Source: Candidatus Latescibacterota bacterium | Lineage (GTDB): Bacteria; Latescibacterota; UBA2968; UBA8231 | Assembly: GCA_965203355.1 (NCBI GenBank) | Contig: OZ241889.1 | Coordinates: 2,048,001-2,112,000 of the forward strand | Reading direction: 5' to 3' | Length of the DNA stretch: 64,000 bases | Shown: positions 37,587 to 47,497 of the stretch, in pieces | Position numbering within the stretch: the stretch's first letter is position 1 | Layout of the letters: each line of letters opens with the position of its first letter | Position numbers and translations under genes: made by a program | Notes under the pieces: generated by a model | Database searches by the model: none | The model's input: the letters and a program-made list of their open reading frames with translations, nothing else | Told to the model about the DNA's origin: nothing

Positions 37587-40500
37587 TCAGGTTCCAGAGG
37601 ATGCGGAAATCTGCAACAGCGCCGGGTCCGGGGCGGTCTGGCGGCCGGCTAGCAGCTCGGCGGCCCGCTCTTTGGCGGCCGCCATTTTGGGCTGGCGGAC
37701 GCCGCGGTAGCCGCGCACCGCTTCGGGCAGCGACAGAACTTGTAGCCAGGTGTGGTACTCGTCTGCGGACTGCGGAGCAAAGTCGGCGATCAGCCCCTCG
37801 TACCACGCGGCGAAATCGCGCTCTTCGCGGTGCCACCATGCCGAGCAAAGTCGGCGGAGGAACTTCATGCGGGCGACCCATTTTAGCGACCTGTCGCCTA
37901 GCTTGAGATCCGGGCGAAAATCCCGGCCAAAAAGACGCAGATGCGGCCGGTTCAGGTGGCGGTAGCGGATGCGGTCGCCGCGGCTGGGGTCAATGTTGTA
38001 GCGGATGCGGTCGCGCCGGTACTTTTCCTCGCAGGTGAGCAGATGAGCCACGTAGATTTCGTCCTTGATGGCGAGGACCTTGGCGAGCTGATAGATGACC
38101 GCGCGGGTGGCTGCGAACTCGAACTCGGGTCCGTCTTGGGCCTGTACGGCGAGCACTTGGTGGATATAGCGGTCGGCGTAATCGAGGTTTTCGTATTGGA
38201 TCAGGTCGTACACCCGCAGCGCGAAATGGTGCCGCGCCGTGGCGATGGGTGTATCGCGGATGCGGTCGCGGTAGGCTGCGGCGACGCGCTTGCCCCGCGT
38301 CCGGGCCAGCAGCGCGGTTTTGTCGGCGACGAGTTCGGCATAGCTAAGCGGTTGTTCTTCGAGCGGAAAATGGTTCGGATCGAGCGCTAGGTATCGGCCC
38401 ATGTTAAAGGCTTTTAGGTTGGTCTCCAGGTCGCGGCGCACGGCTTTGCCTATGGCCCAAAGCAAGGTGTCGAGCGCTAGGGAGAGCAAGCCGCGCTGGA
38501 AGGCCACGCCGAGCATCATGATGTTGGCGTAGAGTTTGTTGCCCAAGTAGTGCTCGCAGATGCGGAAGAGATCCGCGCCGAAGTAGTCGTCTGGACGAGT
38601 GTGCTGGCGGATGAGGTCGGCTTGGGCTGTGGCCGAGAAGTCCTCTTGGCCGATGAGCGTGTCGATGGTGGGGGTTTTGGCGGTGTTGACAATGGCGGCG
38701 GTGCGCGCTGAGTGGGCGATGCGATAGCGGCCTGCGGGGTCGAGGCCACGCGCTGCTTCGAGCACGTCGAGCCCGAGGAGCAAGTCGGCCTTGCCGCAGG
38801 GGATCAGCGGGGAGACCGGAGTGCCCTTGGGGGCGTAGCTCAAATGCGAATAGACCGAGCCGTTGCGGATGGCCAGCCCCTTTTTGTTGGTCAGCCGCAC
38901 CTCGTAGCCCTGCCGCACCCCCGCTTGCGCCAACACCGAGGCCACCACGTTGACGCCCATGCCGCCGACTCCGGCTATGTAGGTGTACCAGATGTCGGTG
39001 AGGGGGCGTTGTACGGGCGCGGGCAACTGGCTGGCGTCGATGGGAGGGGTTGAGACGGTGGCCGGGGCTTGGCGACGGACGGTAATCTCCTCAAAGGAGG
39101 GACAGGTTTTGTCGTCGCCGACTTCAACCCGGGTGCAAGCCCCATCGGCAACGCAGGCGGACGGGTCAATGGCGATCTTGGGGCCGTACTCGGTGTCGGC
39201 CGCGACCGTCAGGCCGCTGCAGCCGGTGGCTTGGGTGCATTCGAGGCAGTACTCGCAAACTTCTTCGCTGATGTTGATGTGCTTTTCGACTGGCAGAAAG
39301 CCCTGTTCTTTGGCGAGTACCCGCTGGTGCGCCCGCTCGCGGCGGTGGTAGGTAATGCCGCATTCCTTGTCGGCGATGATGATTTTGACCCCGTCGCGGA
39401 GCAAGGTTTTGCGGACGAGGGCGTCGTAGTCCTGGCGCTGGGAAGGGTCCATGCGGGCGATAAAGGTCGGCGAATCGCCGGCTAAGCCCGCGACGGCTTT
39501 TTCGATGTCTTGGGCAAAGGTCGGCTTACCCAACACATCGACGTCCACGCCTGGGGTGGGCTGATGCCCGGTCATGGCCGTGGTCTTGTTGTCGAGGATG
39601 ATGTAGGTGATGTCTTGGCCATTTTTGATGGAGTCCGAGATGGCGATCATGCCGGTGTGGAAAAAAGTCGAATCCCCCATGAAGACGACTTGTTTGTTGT
39701 CGATGAAGGGATCGATACCCGCGCCGGTGCCGCCGCCCAAGCCCATACCGGAAAGATTGTGCATCAACTCGGAAAACGGCGCGTATTTGAGCATGGAATA
39801 GCAGCCAATGTCGCCGTGAAAAACCAAATCTACCGGGGCTTCACCTGCCGAGGGCGCGGCCCAGTCGGCGGCGGCCTTCTTGAGTACGCTGGCCGAGTCG
39901 CGGTGCGGGCATCCCGGGCAGAAGGAGGGCGTACGCGGTGGAACGACCGTGGTGGAGGGCACGGGTGCTAAGGTGTCGAGTTCGGCCTGTAGTTTTTCGT
40001 GGTCAATGGGCAACTCGGCGTCCAGCGCAGCAAAAAGGCGGGATAGGGTTTGGACGATGAGCGAGGGGTGCAAGCCTTGCACATCGGGAAAGCCCGGCGT
40101 GTTGCCCGGAAAGCACTTGCCCCACAGCGCGTTGCCGCGCCCTTTTTGCCGCGCCAACTCAGCGGCGATCTGCGGCTCGATAAAGGCCCGTTTTTCCTCG
40201 ACCACGCAGAAAGCTTGGGCGCAGTCGGCAAAGCGCGCGATCAGGTGGGGATCGACCGGATACGTGATGCCCAGCTTGAGGATGGGAAAGTGCCCGGTCA
40301 GCCCGAGGATGTGCAAGGCGTGTTCGAGATAGCTATATGCCAAGCCAGAGGTGATAAAGCCCAGCGGCTTGGGGCCGTCGCTCGGCGGATAGAGGATTTG
40401 GTTGATGCACATCTCCTGCGCTAGCTGCCACAGGAGGGGATAGCGCTGATAGACGACCTCGCGCTCTTTGTGCGCCGTGGCCGGTGGGATGATGACGCGG

Positions 40501-41138
40501 TCGTCAGAGCAAATGGCCTTGGTGTCCAGTGTGCTGCGCTGCTTGCGGTTGAGGGTGGCAAAGCGATTGGGATAGACCGCGACGCTGCCGCCGCCGTCGG
40601 CTTGGTTGGAGGTGACCAGATAGGTCAAATAGAGACGCGTACGCCGCGACAGTTCAAAGCCCTGCCCGACCCAGTCCTTGATCTCCTGAAAGGTCGCGGG
40701 TTCGAGTACCGGCATGTAGAGATGCTGGGACAGGAAGCGCGAGTCAGCCGGTACTTGGGTCCCTTCCGACCAAGTGTCGTCGCCCACAGCGACTAGGACC
40801 CCGCCGCTGGGCGCGGCACCGACCATGTTGCCGAGGGCCAACCCGTCGGCCGCCACGTGCAGGCCAACGCTCTTCATCACGGCCAAGGCGCGGATGCCCT
40901 CCATCTGCGAGCCGTTGAGGCGGGCGGCGGCGAGGGCTTCGTTGTTGGCGATCTGGGCGACGATGCCGTGTTCGTTAAAGAGGTCCTTGTTGTTTTCGAG
41001 GGTCTCGAAAAGCTCGGCCAAGGGCGAGCCGGGGTACCCGGTAATGACGCCGACTTGGCTTTCTAAGGCACCCTTGACGATCAGTTCGTTGCCGGTGTAA
41101 ATGCCCGTGCCTTGTTCGAGTGAGAAGCGGGGATCCAT
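37587..41138 (-). CDS. Indolepyruvate:ferredoxin oxidoreductase family protein, fused alpha/beta subunits
   Basis: GYPGSP, RTPSFCPGCPH, GDIGC, TPP motif GDSTFFH..N, Cys cluster CEYCLEC..C, GVGGMG; C-terminal AIKDEIYVAHL and VRGY. Confidence 0.88.
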   Translation of the reverse strand: MDPRFSLEQGTGIYTGNELIVKGALESQVGVITGYPGSPLAELFETLENNKDLFNEHGIVAQIANNEALAAARLNGSQMEGIRALAVMKSVGLHVAADGLALGNMVGAAPSGGVLVAVGDDTWSEGTQVPADSRFLSQHLYMPVLEPATFQEIKDWVGQGFELSRRTRLYLTYLVTSNQADGGGSVAVYPNRFATLNRKQRSTLDTKAICSDDRVIIPPATAHKEREVVYQRYPLLWQLAQEMCINQILYPPSDGPKPLGFITSGLAYSYLEHALHILGLTGHFPILKLGITYPVDPHLIARFADCAQAFCVVEEKRAFIEPQIAAELARQKGRGNALWGKCFPGNTPGFPDVQGLHPSLIVQTLSRLFAALDAELPIDHEKLQAELDTLAPVPSTTVVPPRTPSFCPGCPHRDSASVLKKAAADWAAPSAGEAPVDLVFHGDIGCYSMLKYAPFSELMHNLSGMGLGGGTGAGIDPFIDNKQVVFMGDSTFFHTGMIAISDSIKNGQDITYIILDNKTTAMTGHQPTPGVDVDVLGKPTFAQDIEKAVAGLAGDSPTFIARMDPSQRQDYDALVRKTLLRDGVKIIIADKECGITYHRRERAHQRVLAKEQGFLPVEKHINISEEVCEYCLECTQATGCSGLTVAADTEYGPKIAIDPSACVADGACTRVEVGDDKTCPSFEEITVRRQAPATVSTPPIDASQLPAPVQRPLTDIWYTYIAGVGGMGVNVVASVLAQAGVRQGYEVRLTNKKGLAIRNGSVYSHLSYAPKGTPVSPLIPCGKADLLLGLDVLEAARGLDPAGRYRIAHSARTAAIVNTAKTPTIDTLIGQEDFSATAQADLIRQHTRPDDYFGADLFRICEHYLGNKLYANIMMLGVAFQRGLLSLALDTLLWAIGKAVRRDLETNLKAFNMGRYLALDPNHFPLEEQPLSYAELVADKTALLARTRGKRVAAAYRDRIRDTPIATARHHFALRVYDLIQYENLDYADRYIHQVLAVQAQDGPEFEFAATRAVIYQLAKVLAIKDEIYVAHLLTCEEKYRRDRIRYNIDPSRGDRIRYRHLNRPHLRLFGRDFRPDLKLGDRSLKWVARMKFLRRLCSAWWHREERDFAAWYEGLIADFAPQSADEYHTWLQVLSLPEAVRGYRGVRQPKMAAAKERAAELLAGRQTAPDPALLQISASSGT

Positions 41139-41217
41139 GGTCCTAGCTGAGGCGATTGGGGAGCAAACGAAAACATAGTACGAGGTCTGAAGCGATTGTC
41201 AAGTCGGCTCGGTGGCC

Positions 41218-41754
41218 TCACGCTTCGGCGTCGAGCCAATAGCGTTGGTATTCTTCTAAGAAAGCAAGGGTCTGTAGATCGGCCATGCGGTCCGGGAAGA
41301 GCACGCCGTCGAGATGGTCGATTTCGTGCTGGAGGACGCGCGCGAAAAGCCCGGTTGCCTTTAGCTCCACTGCGCGCCCTTCGCGGTCGTAGCCCCGGAC
41401 CTCGACGGTTGCCGCGCGGGGGACCACGCCGCGCAGTTGGGGGATGCTCAAGCAGCCTTCCCAGCCGTCTATGCACTCGGGCGACCGAGCGATAAACTGC
41501 GGATTGAAGAGCACGGTCAGCGGGATGGAGGTCTCGTCTTGGGGATCGGCCGCCGGGTCGCCGAGCACGATCAGCCGCCGGGATTCAAACACTTGCGGCG
41601 CAGCCAAGCCAATGCCCTCGTAGTCGATCATGGTTTCGATCATGTCGTCGATTAAGTGCTGCGTCTGGGGGGTTTGCATTTGAGCGGGAGGGATTTCTGC
41701 GGCGCGTTGGCGCAGCACCGGATGCCCCATCCGCGACACCTTGCGAATGGCCAT
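41218..41754 (-). CDS. def: Peptide deformylase
   Basis: GIGLAAPQ, EGCLS, QHEIDHLDG. Confidence 0.97.
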   Translation of the reverse strand: MAIRKVSRMGHPVLRQRAAEIPPAQMQTPQTQHLIDDMIETMIDYEGIGLAAPQVFESRRLIVLGDPAADPQDETSIPLTVLFNPQFIARSPECIDGWEGCLSIPQLRGVVPRAATVEVRGYDREGRAVELKATGLFARVLQHEIDHLDGVLFPDRMADLQTLAFLEEYQRYWLDAEA

Positions 41755-41760
41755 AGCGCG

Positions 41761-42348
41761 TTACGGCGTTTGGGGTGGAGGCGTCGAGAGACAACAGCGG
41801 AAGCCCACTAAATCGAGATGGTAGGCCGAGTCGAGGAACCGCCCGTAGCGGGTGTCGGCGCGAGCTAGGTTGACGTTGTGGAAGAAGGAGCCGCCGCGCA
41901 CGACCCGCCAGCGATCGGCGTACGAGTACCAAGACGCGGTCCACTCCCAAGCATTGCCGATCATGTCGTAGATTCCGTAGGCGTTGGAGCAGCGTTCATA
42001 CGCGCCGCTGGGCACTAGGCCCGGCCCGCGTTGCCAGACTCCATCGACAGCAAAGCGCGTATTGCAGCGCCCGGACTCGAATTCCGCCCCATAGGAATAC
42101 GCGAAGTTCTGCGGCCCGGTGCAGGCTTGCTGCCATTCCTGTTCGGTACACAGCCGCTTGCCCTGCGCCGCACAGAGCGATTCCGCTTCGCCCCAAGTGA
42201 CATTGACTTGGGGCAGGGTGCCGCGCTGGTTGGGATACTCGTAGATGTCGATATAGAAGGCATTGTCGATCAGCACCATGCTTTCTACGTCGGCTGTGGC
42301 TAGGGCTGGGAGGGTGAGCAAAAGACAGAGAGCTAAGAGCTTATTCAT
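41761..42348 (-). CDS. Secreted formylglycine-generating-enzyme (SUMF1/CLec-fold) domain protein
   Basis: KRLCTEQEWQ, YGIYDMIGNAWEW, VVRGGSF..VGFRCC. Confidence 0.85.
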   Translation of the reverse strand: MNKLLALCLLLTLPALATADVESMVLIDNAFYIDIYEYPNQRGTLPQVNVTWGEAESLCAAQGKRLCTEQEWQQACTGPQNFAYSYGAEFESGRCNTRFAVDGVWQRGPGLVPSGAYERCSNAYGIYDMIGNAWEWTASWYSYADRWRVVRGGSFFHNVNLARADTRYGRFLDSAYHLDLVGFRCCLSTPPPQTP

Positions 42349-42354
42349 GGTCGC

Positions 42355-43146
42355 TCATTCGGCAAATTGCACCGCGCCAAAGCGGGCGGGGTGGTGAAAG
42401 CCGCGCTGGTAGGTCTCGCGCCAAGCCGTGTATTCGGTCTGCTCGTGATAGTGCTGATGGAGCGGGTCTGAGGCGGGGAGATCGTTTAGGCGGCTTTTTA
42501 GATTGCGCCCGCCCTTGCGTTCGATGCGGTAGAGGTTGAGCCGCCAGACATCGCCGGTGGTGGGGCGTCCCCCGCCGGTGATGCTATCGGCCATAGCGGC
42601 CCAAGGAATGGCGATTTCTGCGGTCCAGCCTTGGTCGAGCGAGAGCGAGTCGTTGGCGGTGCCGTGGGCTTGCACCGCTGTTTTAAGCCCGACGATGTCC
42701 CAGTCTTTGGACGAGTGCCACTCGGGCGACACCGAGTAGATCAGCAAATCGACGACCACATTGAGCGGGTTGACCTCCAATTCTAGGTAGCGTTTGCCAT
42801 CGCCGTCCGGGTCGATAAATACCTCCACGACTTCCTCCTCCCACAGTGGATCGTCTTCCTCTTTGTAAATGGCCCACATATCCGCATCTTGACAGACGAA
42901 GGCAAAGTAAAAGTAAGAACTATCCCACAACATCTTAGCCCGCGTGGGAAAGAGCACCTCGTCGTAATCGTTGAGGATGCGCTCAAAGCGATTGATTTGA
43001 TGCGCCCGTTCCCACGAGAATTCGTCCAATGTGCCATCGACGACGATGGGTTCCAAGGCACGTTGAACTGTGTAGTGCGCCTCCAGACTTATTTCGGCCT
43101 GCGCGGTAAGTGGGATGGCGAGCATGAGCATCGTCGAAAAGTGCAT
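42355..43146 (-). CDS. Secreted carbohydrate-binding family 9-like protein
   Basis: IVVDGTLDEFSW, TRAKMLWD, VEVFIDPDGDG..YLELEVNP, WTAEIAIPW, WRLNLYR; start at MHFSTML. Confidence 0.8.
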   Translation of the reverse strand: MHFSTMLMLAIPLTAQAEISLEAHYTVQRALEPIVVDGTLDEFSWERAHQINRFERILNDYDEVLFPTRAKMLWDSSYFYFAFVCQDADMWAIYKEEDDPLWEEEVVEVFIDPDGDGKRYLELEVNPLNVVVDLLIYSVSPEWHSSKDWDIVGLKTAVQAHGTANDSLSLDQGWTAEIAIPWAAMADSITGGGRPTTGDVWRLNLYRIERKGGRNLKSRLNDLPASDPLHQHYHEQTEYTAWRETYQRGFHHPARFGAVQFAE

Positions 43147-43260
43147 ACCTGCTCCTTGTTTAGCGCGCTGAATATACGAAAATCGCCCGGGCGTACCAAA
43201 AGCGCAAAGGGGCGATGCCAAGCTGGCACCGCCCCGGTATCGGTTGTATTTTTGGTTTTT

Positions 43261-44751
43261 TTAGACGTCGTAGTATAGGGCGAACTCATAGGGGTGGGGC
43301 CGCAATTGGATGGCCTTGACCTCCTCGGTGCGCTTGTAGTTGATCCAGGCGTCGATCAGGTCCTCGGAGAACACCTCGCCCTGCAAGAGAAAGTCCCGGT
43401 CTTGCGCCAAGTGGTCCAACGACGCTTCCAACGACTCGGGCGTCTGCGGCACGCCGGCGCGCTCCTCGGCCGACAAGTCATACAGGTTCTTGTCCAACGG
43501 CTCGCCCGGGTCCAACTGCCGCTCGATGCCATCCAACCCAGCCATCAACATCGCCGCCAGTGCCAAGTAAATGTTGCACGACGCATCCGGGCAGCGGAAC
43601 TCCACCCGCTTGCTTTTGGGACTGGGCGAATACATCGGGATGCGCACCGACGCGCTGCGGTTGCGCTGCGAATAGGCCAAGTTGACCGGCGCTTCGTAGC
43701 CGGGCACCAGCCGCTTGTAGGAGTTGGTCGTCGGATTGGTAAACGCCAACAGCGCTGGCGCATGGTGCAGCAGGCCGCCGATGTAGTGCAAGGCCATCGG
43801 ACTCAGCCCGGCATAGCCGCTGCCGGCAAACAGCGGCTTATTGCCCTGCCACAGGCTCTGGTGGGTGTGCATGCCCGTGCCATTGTCCTCAAACAGCGGC
43901 TTGGGCATGAACGTGGCGGTCTGGCCGTGCTGCCGCGCCACATTCTTGACGATATACTTATACATCATCATCCGGTCGCCGCACTGCAACAGCGGACAAA
44001 AGCGAATGTCGATCTCGCCTTGGCCGGCGGTGCCAACCTCGTGATGGTGAATCTCCACGTCGATGCCGCAGGCGATCATGGTCTGCACCATCTCGGTGCG
44101 GAGGTCGTGCAGCGAATCGGTGGGGGGCACCGGGAAGTAGCCGCCCTTGTAATCGGGCTTGTAGCCGAGGTTGGCTCCGTCGGCACCGCTGTTCCAGCGG
44201 CCTTCCTGCGAGTCGATTTCGTAGAAGCCTTTATGAGGTTGCTGGTCGAAGCGGATGGCGTCGAAGATGAAAAACTCGGCTTCGGGGCCGAAATAGGCGG
44301 TGTCGGCCAGTCGGGTGCGCTGTAGGTAGGCTTGGGCGCGCTGGGCGACGCCGCGGGGGTCGCGGGCATAGGGCTGTCGGGTGATGGGGTCTTCAATGGA
44401 GCAAACAAGCGACAGAGTGGGCACCTCGGTGAACGGGTCCATGACGGCGGTGGTCGGGTCGGGCAGGACGAGCATGTCCGACTCGTTGATGGCCTGCCAG
44501 CCGCGAATGGACGAACCGTCGAATCCGAGGCCGTCTTCAAACAGGTCGGGGGTCAAGCCGGTGCTGGGCATGGTAAAGTGCTGCCAGGTGCCCGGCAGAT
44601 CGACGAACTTGAAATCGACCATCTGCGCTTGGTGCTGCCGGGCTAACGCCAAGGCCGCGTCAATAGCACTGGCTTGGGACGACTTCGGCTTGGCTTTGGT
44701 TTTAGCTTTGGCTTTGGTTTTAGCTTTGGTTGCTGCCTTGGCTTTGGCCAT
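43261..44751 (-). CDS. glnA: Glutamine synthetase type I with Lys/Ala-rich N-terminal extension
   Basis: [44 protein letters not shown], adenylylation-site motif KNLYDL. Confidence 0.97.
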   Translation of the reverse strand: MAKAKAATKAKTKAKAKTKAKPKSSQASAIDAALALARQHQAQMVDFKFVDLPGTWQHFTMPSTGLTPDLFEDGLGFDGSSIRGWQAINESDMLVLPDPTTAVMDPFTEVPTLSLVCSIEDPITRQPYARDPRGVAQRAQAYLQRTRLADTAYFGPEAEFFIFDAIRFDQQPHKGFYEIDSQEGRWNSGADGANLGYKPDYKGGYFPVPPTDSLHDLRTEMVQTMIACGIDVEIHHHEVGTAGQGEIDIRFCPLLQCGDRMMMYKYIVKNVARQHGQTATFMPKPLFEDNGTGMHTHQSLWQGNKPLFAGSGYAGLSPMALHYIGGLLHHAPALLAFTNPTTNSYKRLVPGYEAPVNLAYSQRNRSASVRIPMYSPSPKSKRVEFRCPDASCNIYLALAAMLMAGLDGIERQLDPGEPLDKNLYDLSAEERAGVPQTPESLEASLDHLAQDRDFLLQGEVFSEDLIDAWINYKRTEEVKAIQLRPHPYEFALYYDV

Positions 44752-44788
44752 GACAATTCCTTTCTCAAAGTAGTGGTTGATATGGGAT

Positions 44789-44822
44789 CAGGGGGCGCGT
44801 TCCCCACAGCACGCGCCCCCTG
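44789..44822. promoter_or_regulatory. 12-bp perfect hairpin between the porin gene and glnA
   Basis: CAGGGGGCGCGT-N10-ACGCGCCCCCTG; no U-tract on the coding strand. Confidence 0.5.
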
Positions 44823-44862
44823 CTTCTGGTCCGGGTTCCCAAGTTGGAAGGCCGACCAGGCT

Positions 44863-45510
44863 TTAGAAACTCCTGCCAAAAACGAGGAAGGTCGATTCTT
44901 TTTCGGGATTGAGAATGTACGAGGCAAAGTAGTCGCCCTTGCCCATGTTGAGGCCGACGCTGACTAAGGCCAGATCGGTCGTCGTAGTGTAAGCCCCATT
45001 GCCGAGGCCGACGGTGACGCTGACGGCGGTTTCTTCCAGCTCGCCCAAATCGTAGGTCGCTTCCGCCCAGAGCGAATCTTCGGAGTCGCCGGATACATTG
45101 TAAGCGACTAGGGCACTCAGCGGTACGCCATCGGGGGCGAGGGACGCGCTGACTTCGAGGATGTGTACCCCGTCCTCGTCGCTGTAGCTAAAGAAATCGT
45201 CGTCAGCGGTCAGGCCCGGGAAGTAGTAGTCGGTCAGGGTGATGCCGATGGGACCGGACGAGAAACTGGCGTACAGGTCGTTCTCGTTGGCGCCGCCGCT
45301 GGAGATCGCCCACGAGGACCAAGCTCCGATTTCGATGTTGCCGTGACTGATGGACATGCCCGGCTGGACGCTGACGGCATTGCCAAAGTCCGTGCCGCGC
45401 CACACGTAGCGGTTGACTACGTCGGCGCCAAAGCCAACCCCGGCATCCGCCGGAACGGCCGCCAAGGTCAGCGCAAAGAGAAGGGGTGCGGCAAAAAGCA
45501 AACGGTTCAT
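44863..45510 (-). CDS. Outer-membrane beta-barrel, TorF/Gcw_chp-like putative porin
   Basis: Signal peptide ADA-G; DVVNRYVWRG, ENDLY, C-terminal VFGRSF; RBS AAGGAG before ATG 45510. Confidence 0.7.
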   Translation of the reverse strand: MNRLLFAAPLLFALTLAAVPADAGVGFGADVVNRYVWRGTDFGNAVSVQPGMSISHGNIEIGAWSSWAISSGGANENDLYASFSSGPIGITLTDYYFPGLTADDDFFSYSDEDGVHILEVSASLAPDGVPLSALVAYNVSGDSEDSLWAEATYDLGELEETAVSVTVGLGNGAYTTTTDLALVSVGLNMGKGDYFASYILNPEKESTFLVFGRSF

Positions 45511-45574
45511 CGAATTCTCCTTAAAGTGGTTTGAGGTAAAAGGTGGGGTCGGCTGCACCGACCCCTTGTTGTTA

Positions 45575-45913
45575 TTAAAGGGCACTTTCGCCCGTCTCGC
45601 CAGTGCGGATGCGCACGGCTTCTTGGATCGGCGAGGCAAATACCTTGCCATCGCCGACTTTGCCGGATTTGGCCGCCTCGACGATGGTGTTGATCGCCTG
45701 CTCGTGATCGGCGTCTTTGACGACGACCTCGATCTTGATTTTGGGGACGAAATCAATGCGGTACTCGGCGCCGCGATAGACCTCGCGGTGGCCGCGCTGG
45801 CGGCCAAAGCCCCGCACTTCGGTTACGGACATGCCGGCGATGCCCCGGGCGCCTAGGGCCTTTTGCACGGCCTCGAGGGCCGATGGCCGGAGGAATGCTT
45901 CAATTTTATACAT
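45575..45913 (-). CDS. glnK: Nitrogen regulatory protein PII
   Basis: 112 aa; GFGRQRG..YRGAEY..PKIKIE, GDGK, VRIRTGE; adjacent to amt. Confidence 0.95.
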   Translation of the reverse strand: MYKIEAFLRPSALEAVQKALGARGIAGMSVTEVRGFGRQRGHREVYRGAEYRIDFVPKIKIEVVVKDADHEQAINTIVEAAKSGKVGDGKVFASPIQEAVRIRTGETGESAL

Positions 45914-45932
45914 TGTTGGTTCCCTCCCTCGT

Positions 45933-47267
45933 TTAGTTGTTGATGTGCTGGAAATCCGCGTACGCGGGCTGGCCGTGCTCGCTTAGGTCGAGGCCCTCGT
46001 CCTCTTCCTCCTCCTCGACGCGGAACCCGAGCGTCGCCTTGACAACGTGTGCCAGGGCAAAGGAGAAGGCAAAGGCAAAGATGGCGTACGACAGCGTACC
46101 CAATAGCTGGATGCCCACGCTGTGGTCGGCGTTGGTGCTGAACAGCCCGACCGCGACCGTGCCCCAGATGCCGCAGATGCCGTGGACGGAGATGGCACCG
46201 ACCGGATCGTCGATCTTGATGCGGTCGATAAAGACAATGGCAAAAACTACGATGATTCCGGCGATCAGCCCAATCCAGATCGCTCCAGCCCAGGTGACCA
46301 CGTCGGCCCCCGCCGTGATGCCAACGAGGCCGGCGAGAATGCCGTTGAGTGCCATGGTGATGTCGGGCTTTTTGAGATAGACATACGAGGTAAAAATCGA
46401 GGCCATGCAGCCGGCTGCCGCCGCGAGGGTCGTGGTGACGAAAACCAGCGACACAGCCGCGGGGTCGGCGCTGAGCACCGAGCCGCCGTTGAAGCCGAAC
46501 CAGCCGAGCCACAGCAGGAAGACGCCGATCGTCGATAGCGGCATGCTGTGCCCGAGGATGGGCCTGATTTCTCCGTTGTGGTATTTGCCTTTGCGCGCCC
46601 CCAGCACCAGCACCGCGGCGAGAGCCGAGAAGCCGCCAAAGGCGTGGACGACCGACGATCCAGCGAAGTCGTAGAAACCGAGGTCGTCGAGCCAGCCGGC
46701 CCCCCACTTCCAAGAGCCGGCGATGGTGTAGCCAAAAGCCACCAAAATCGCGGCGTAGAGCATGAAGCCCGACAGCTTGACGCGCTCGGCAACGGCACCG
46801 GAGACGATGGTAGCGGCGGTGGCGGCGAACATGGCCTGGAAGATAAAGTCCGACCAGTAGGTATAATCGGCGTACTGATTGGTTAGGTTGGCCACATCGT
46901 CGTCAAAGCCGATCCAGCCCTTGAGGGCCAACACATCGGCGATGAGCCAGTCATCGCCCGGATACATGATATTGAAGCCGCACAAAGCGTAGGTGAGGAT
47001 ACCGGCCGAGATGATAAAGAGGTTCTTGAAGAGGATGTTGACCGTATTCTTCTGCCGGGTCAGGCCGGATTCGAGCGTGGCAAAACCCAAGTGCATGATG
47101 AAAACCAAGGCGGCGGCGATGAGAATCCACAGGTTATCTATCATGAATTTGGGATAGACCAAGGGCATGGCTTGGAAATCTCCCGCCGAAGCCTGAGTAG
47201 TCGCCCCAAGGACCACGGCACAGATCCAGAAGAGCGCAGGACGGTTGCGAAAAACAGACATGGGCAA
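45933..47267 (-). CDS. amtB: Ammonium transporter
   Basis: FQAMFA, SGAVAER, DFAGSSVVH, LWLGWFGFNGGS, IDDPVGAISVHG. Confidence 0.97.
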   Translation of the reverse strand: MPMSVFRNRPALFWICAVVLGATTQASAGDFQAMPLVYPKFMIDNLWILIAAALVFIMHLGFATLESGLTRQKNTVNILFKNLFIISAGILTYALCGFNIMYPGDDWLIADVLALKGWIGFDDDVANLTNQYADYTYWSDFIFQAMFAATAATIVSGAVAERVKLSGFMLYAAILVAFGYTIAGSWKWGAGWLDDLGFYDFAGSSVVHAFGGFSALAAVLVLGARKGKYHNGEIRPILGHSMPLSTIGVFLLWLGWFGFNGGSVLSADPAAVSLVFVTTTLAAAAGCMASIFTSYVYLKKPDITMALNGILAGLVGITAGADVVTWAGAIWIGLIAGIIVVFAIVFIDRIKIDDPVGAISVHGICGIWGTVAVGLFSTNADHSVGIQLLGTLSYAIFAFAFSFALAHVVKATLGFRVEEEEEDEGLDLSEHGQPAYADFQHINN

Positions 47268-47334
47268 TCCCTTCCCTTGTTAAGGTATGATGAGGCATCT
47301 CATTGACGCCTCTTGATGGAACGTCGGAATTGCT

Positions 47335-47350
47335 TGCAAGAACCGTGCCA
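47335..47350 (-). promoter_or_regulatory. Sigma54 -24/-12 promoter of the amt-glnK-porin-glnA operon
   Basis: Minus strand TGGCACGGTTCTTGCA, matching the TGGCAC-N5-TTGC consensus, about 70 bp upstream of amt. Confidence 0.9.
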
Positions 47351-47443
47351 AGCGGATTGGGCGCAGGTACTTCGGAGTTGTTAGCCTATTGTAAATTCAG
47401 AAGTTAGAAAAAAAAATAATAAAGGGAAAAACGAGGCGGGCAT

Positions 47444-47489
47444 AACGACAAAATTGAAATAGCATTAATAAAATAACAATTTTGTCGTT
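47444..47489. promoter_or_regulatory. Candidate upstream activator sequence (13-bp inverted repeat)
   Basis: AACGACAAAATTG-N20-CAATTTTGTCGTT, about 95-140 bp upstream of the -24 element; also sits just after the activator stop. Confidence 0.65.
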
Positions 47490-47497
47490 TTAATGGT

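Noticed and set aside
41761-42348. FGE/CLec-fold protein as a DGR target
   Set aside because: No second copy of its 3' end and no RT or Avd gene in the window
43294-44325. Long antisense ORFs (e.g. 43294..44325, 27744..28688, 36110..37177, 54237..55175, 56917..57789)
   Set aside because: Shadow frames of well-supported genes in GC-rich DNA, with no motifs of their own
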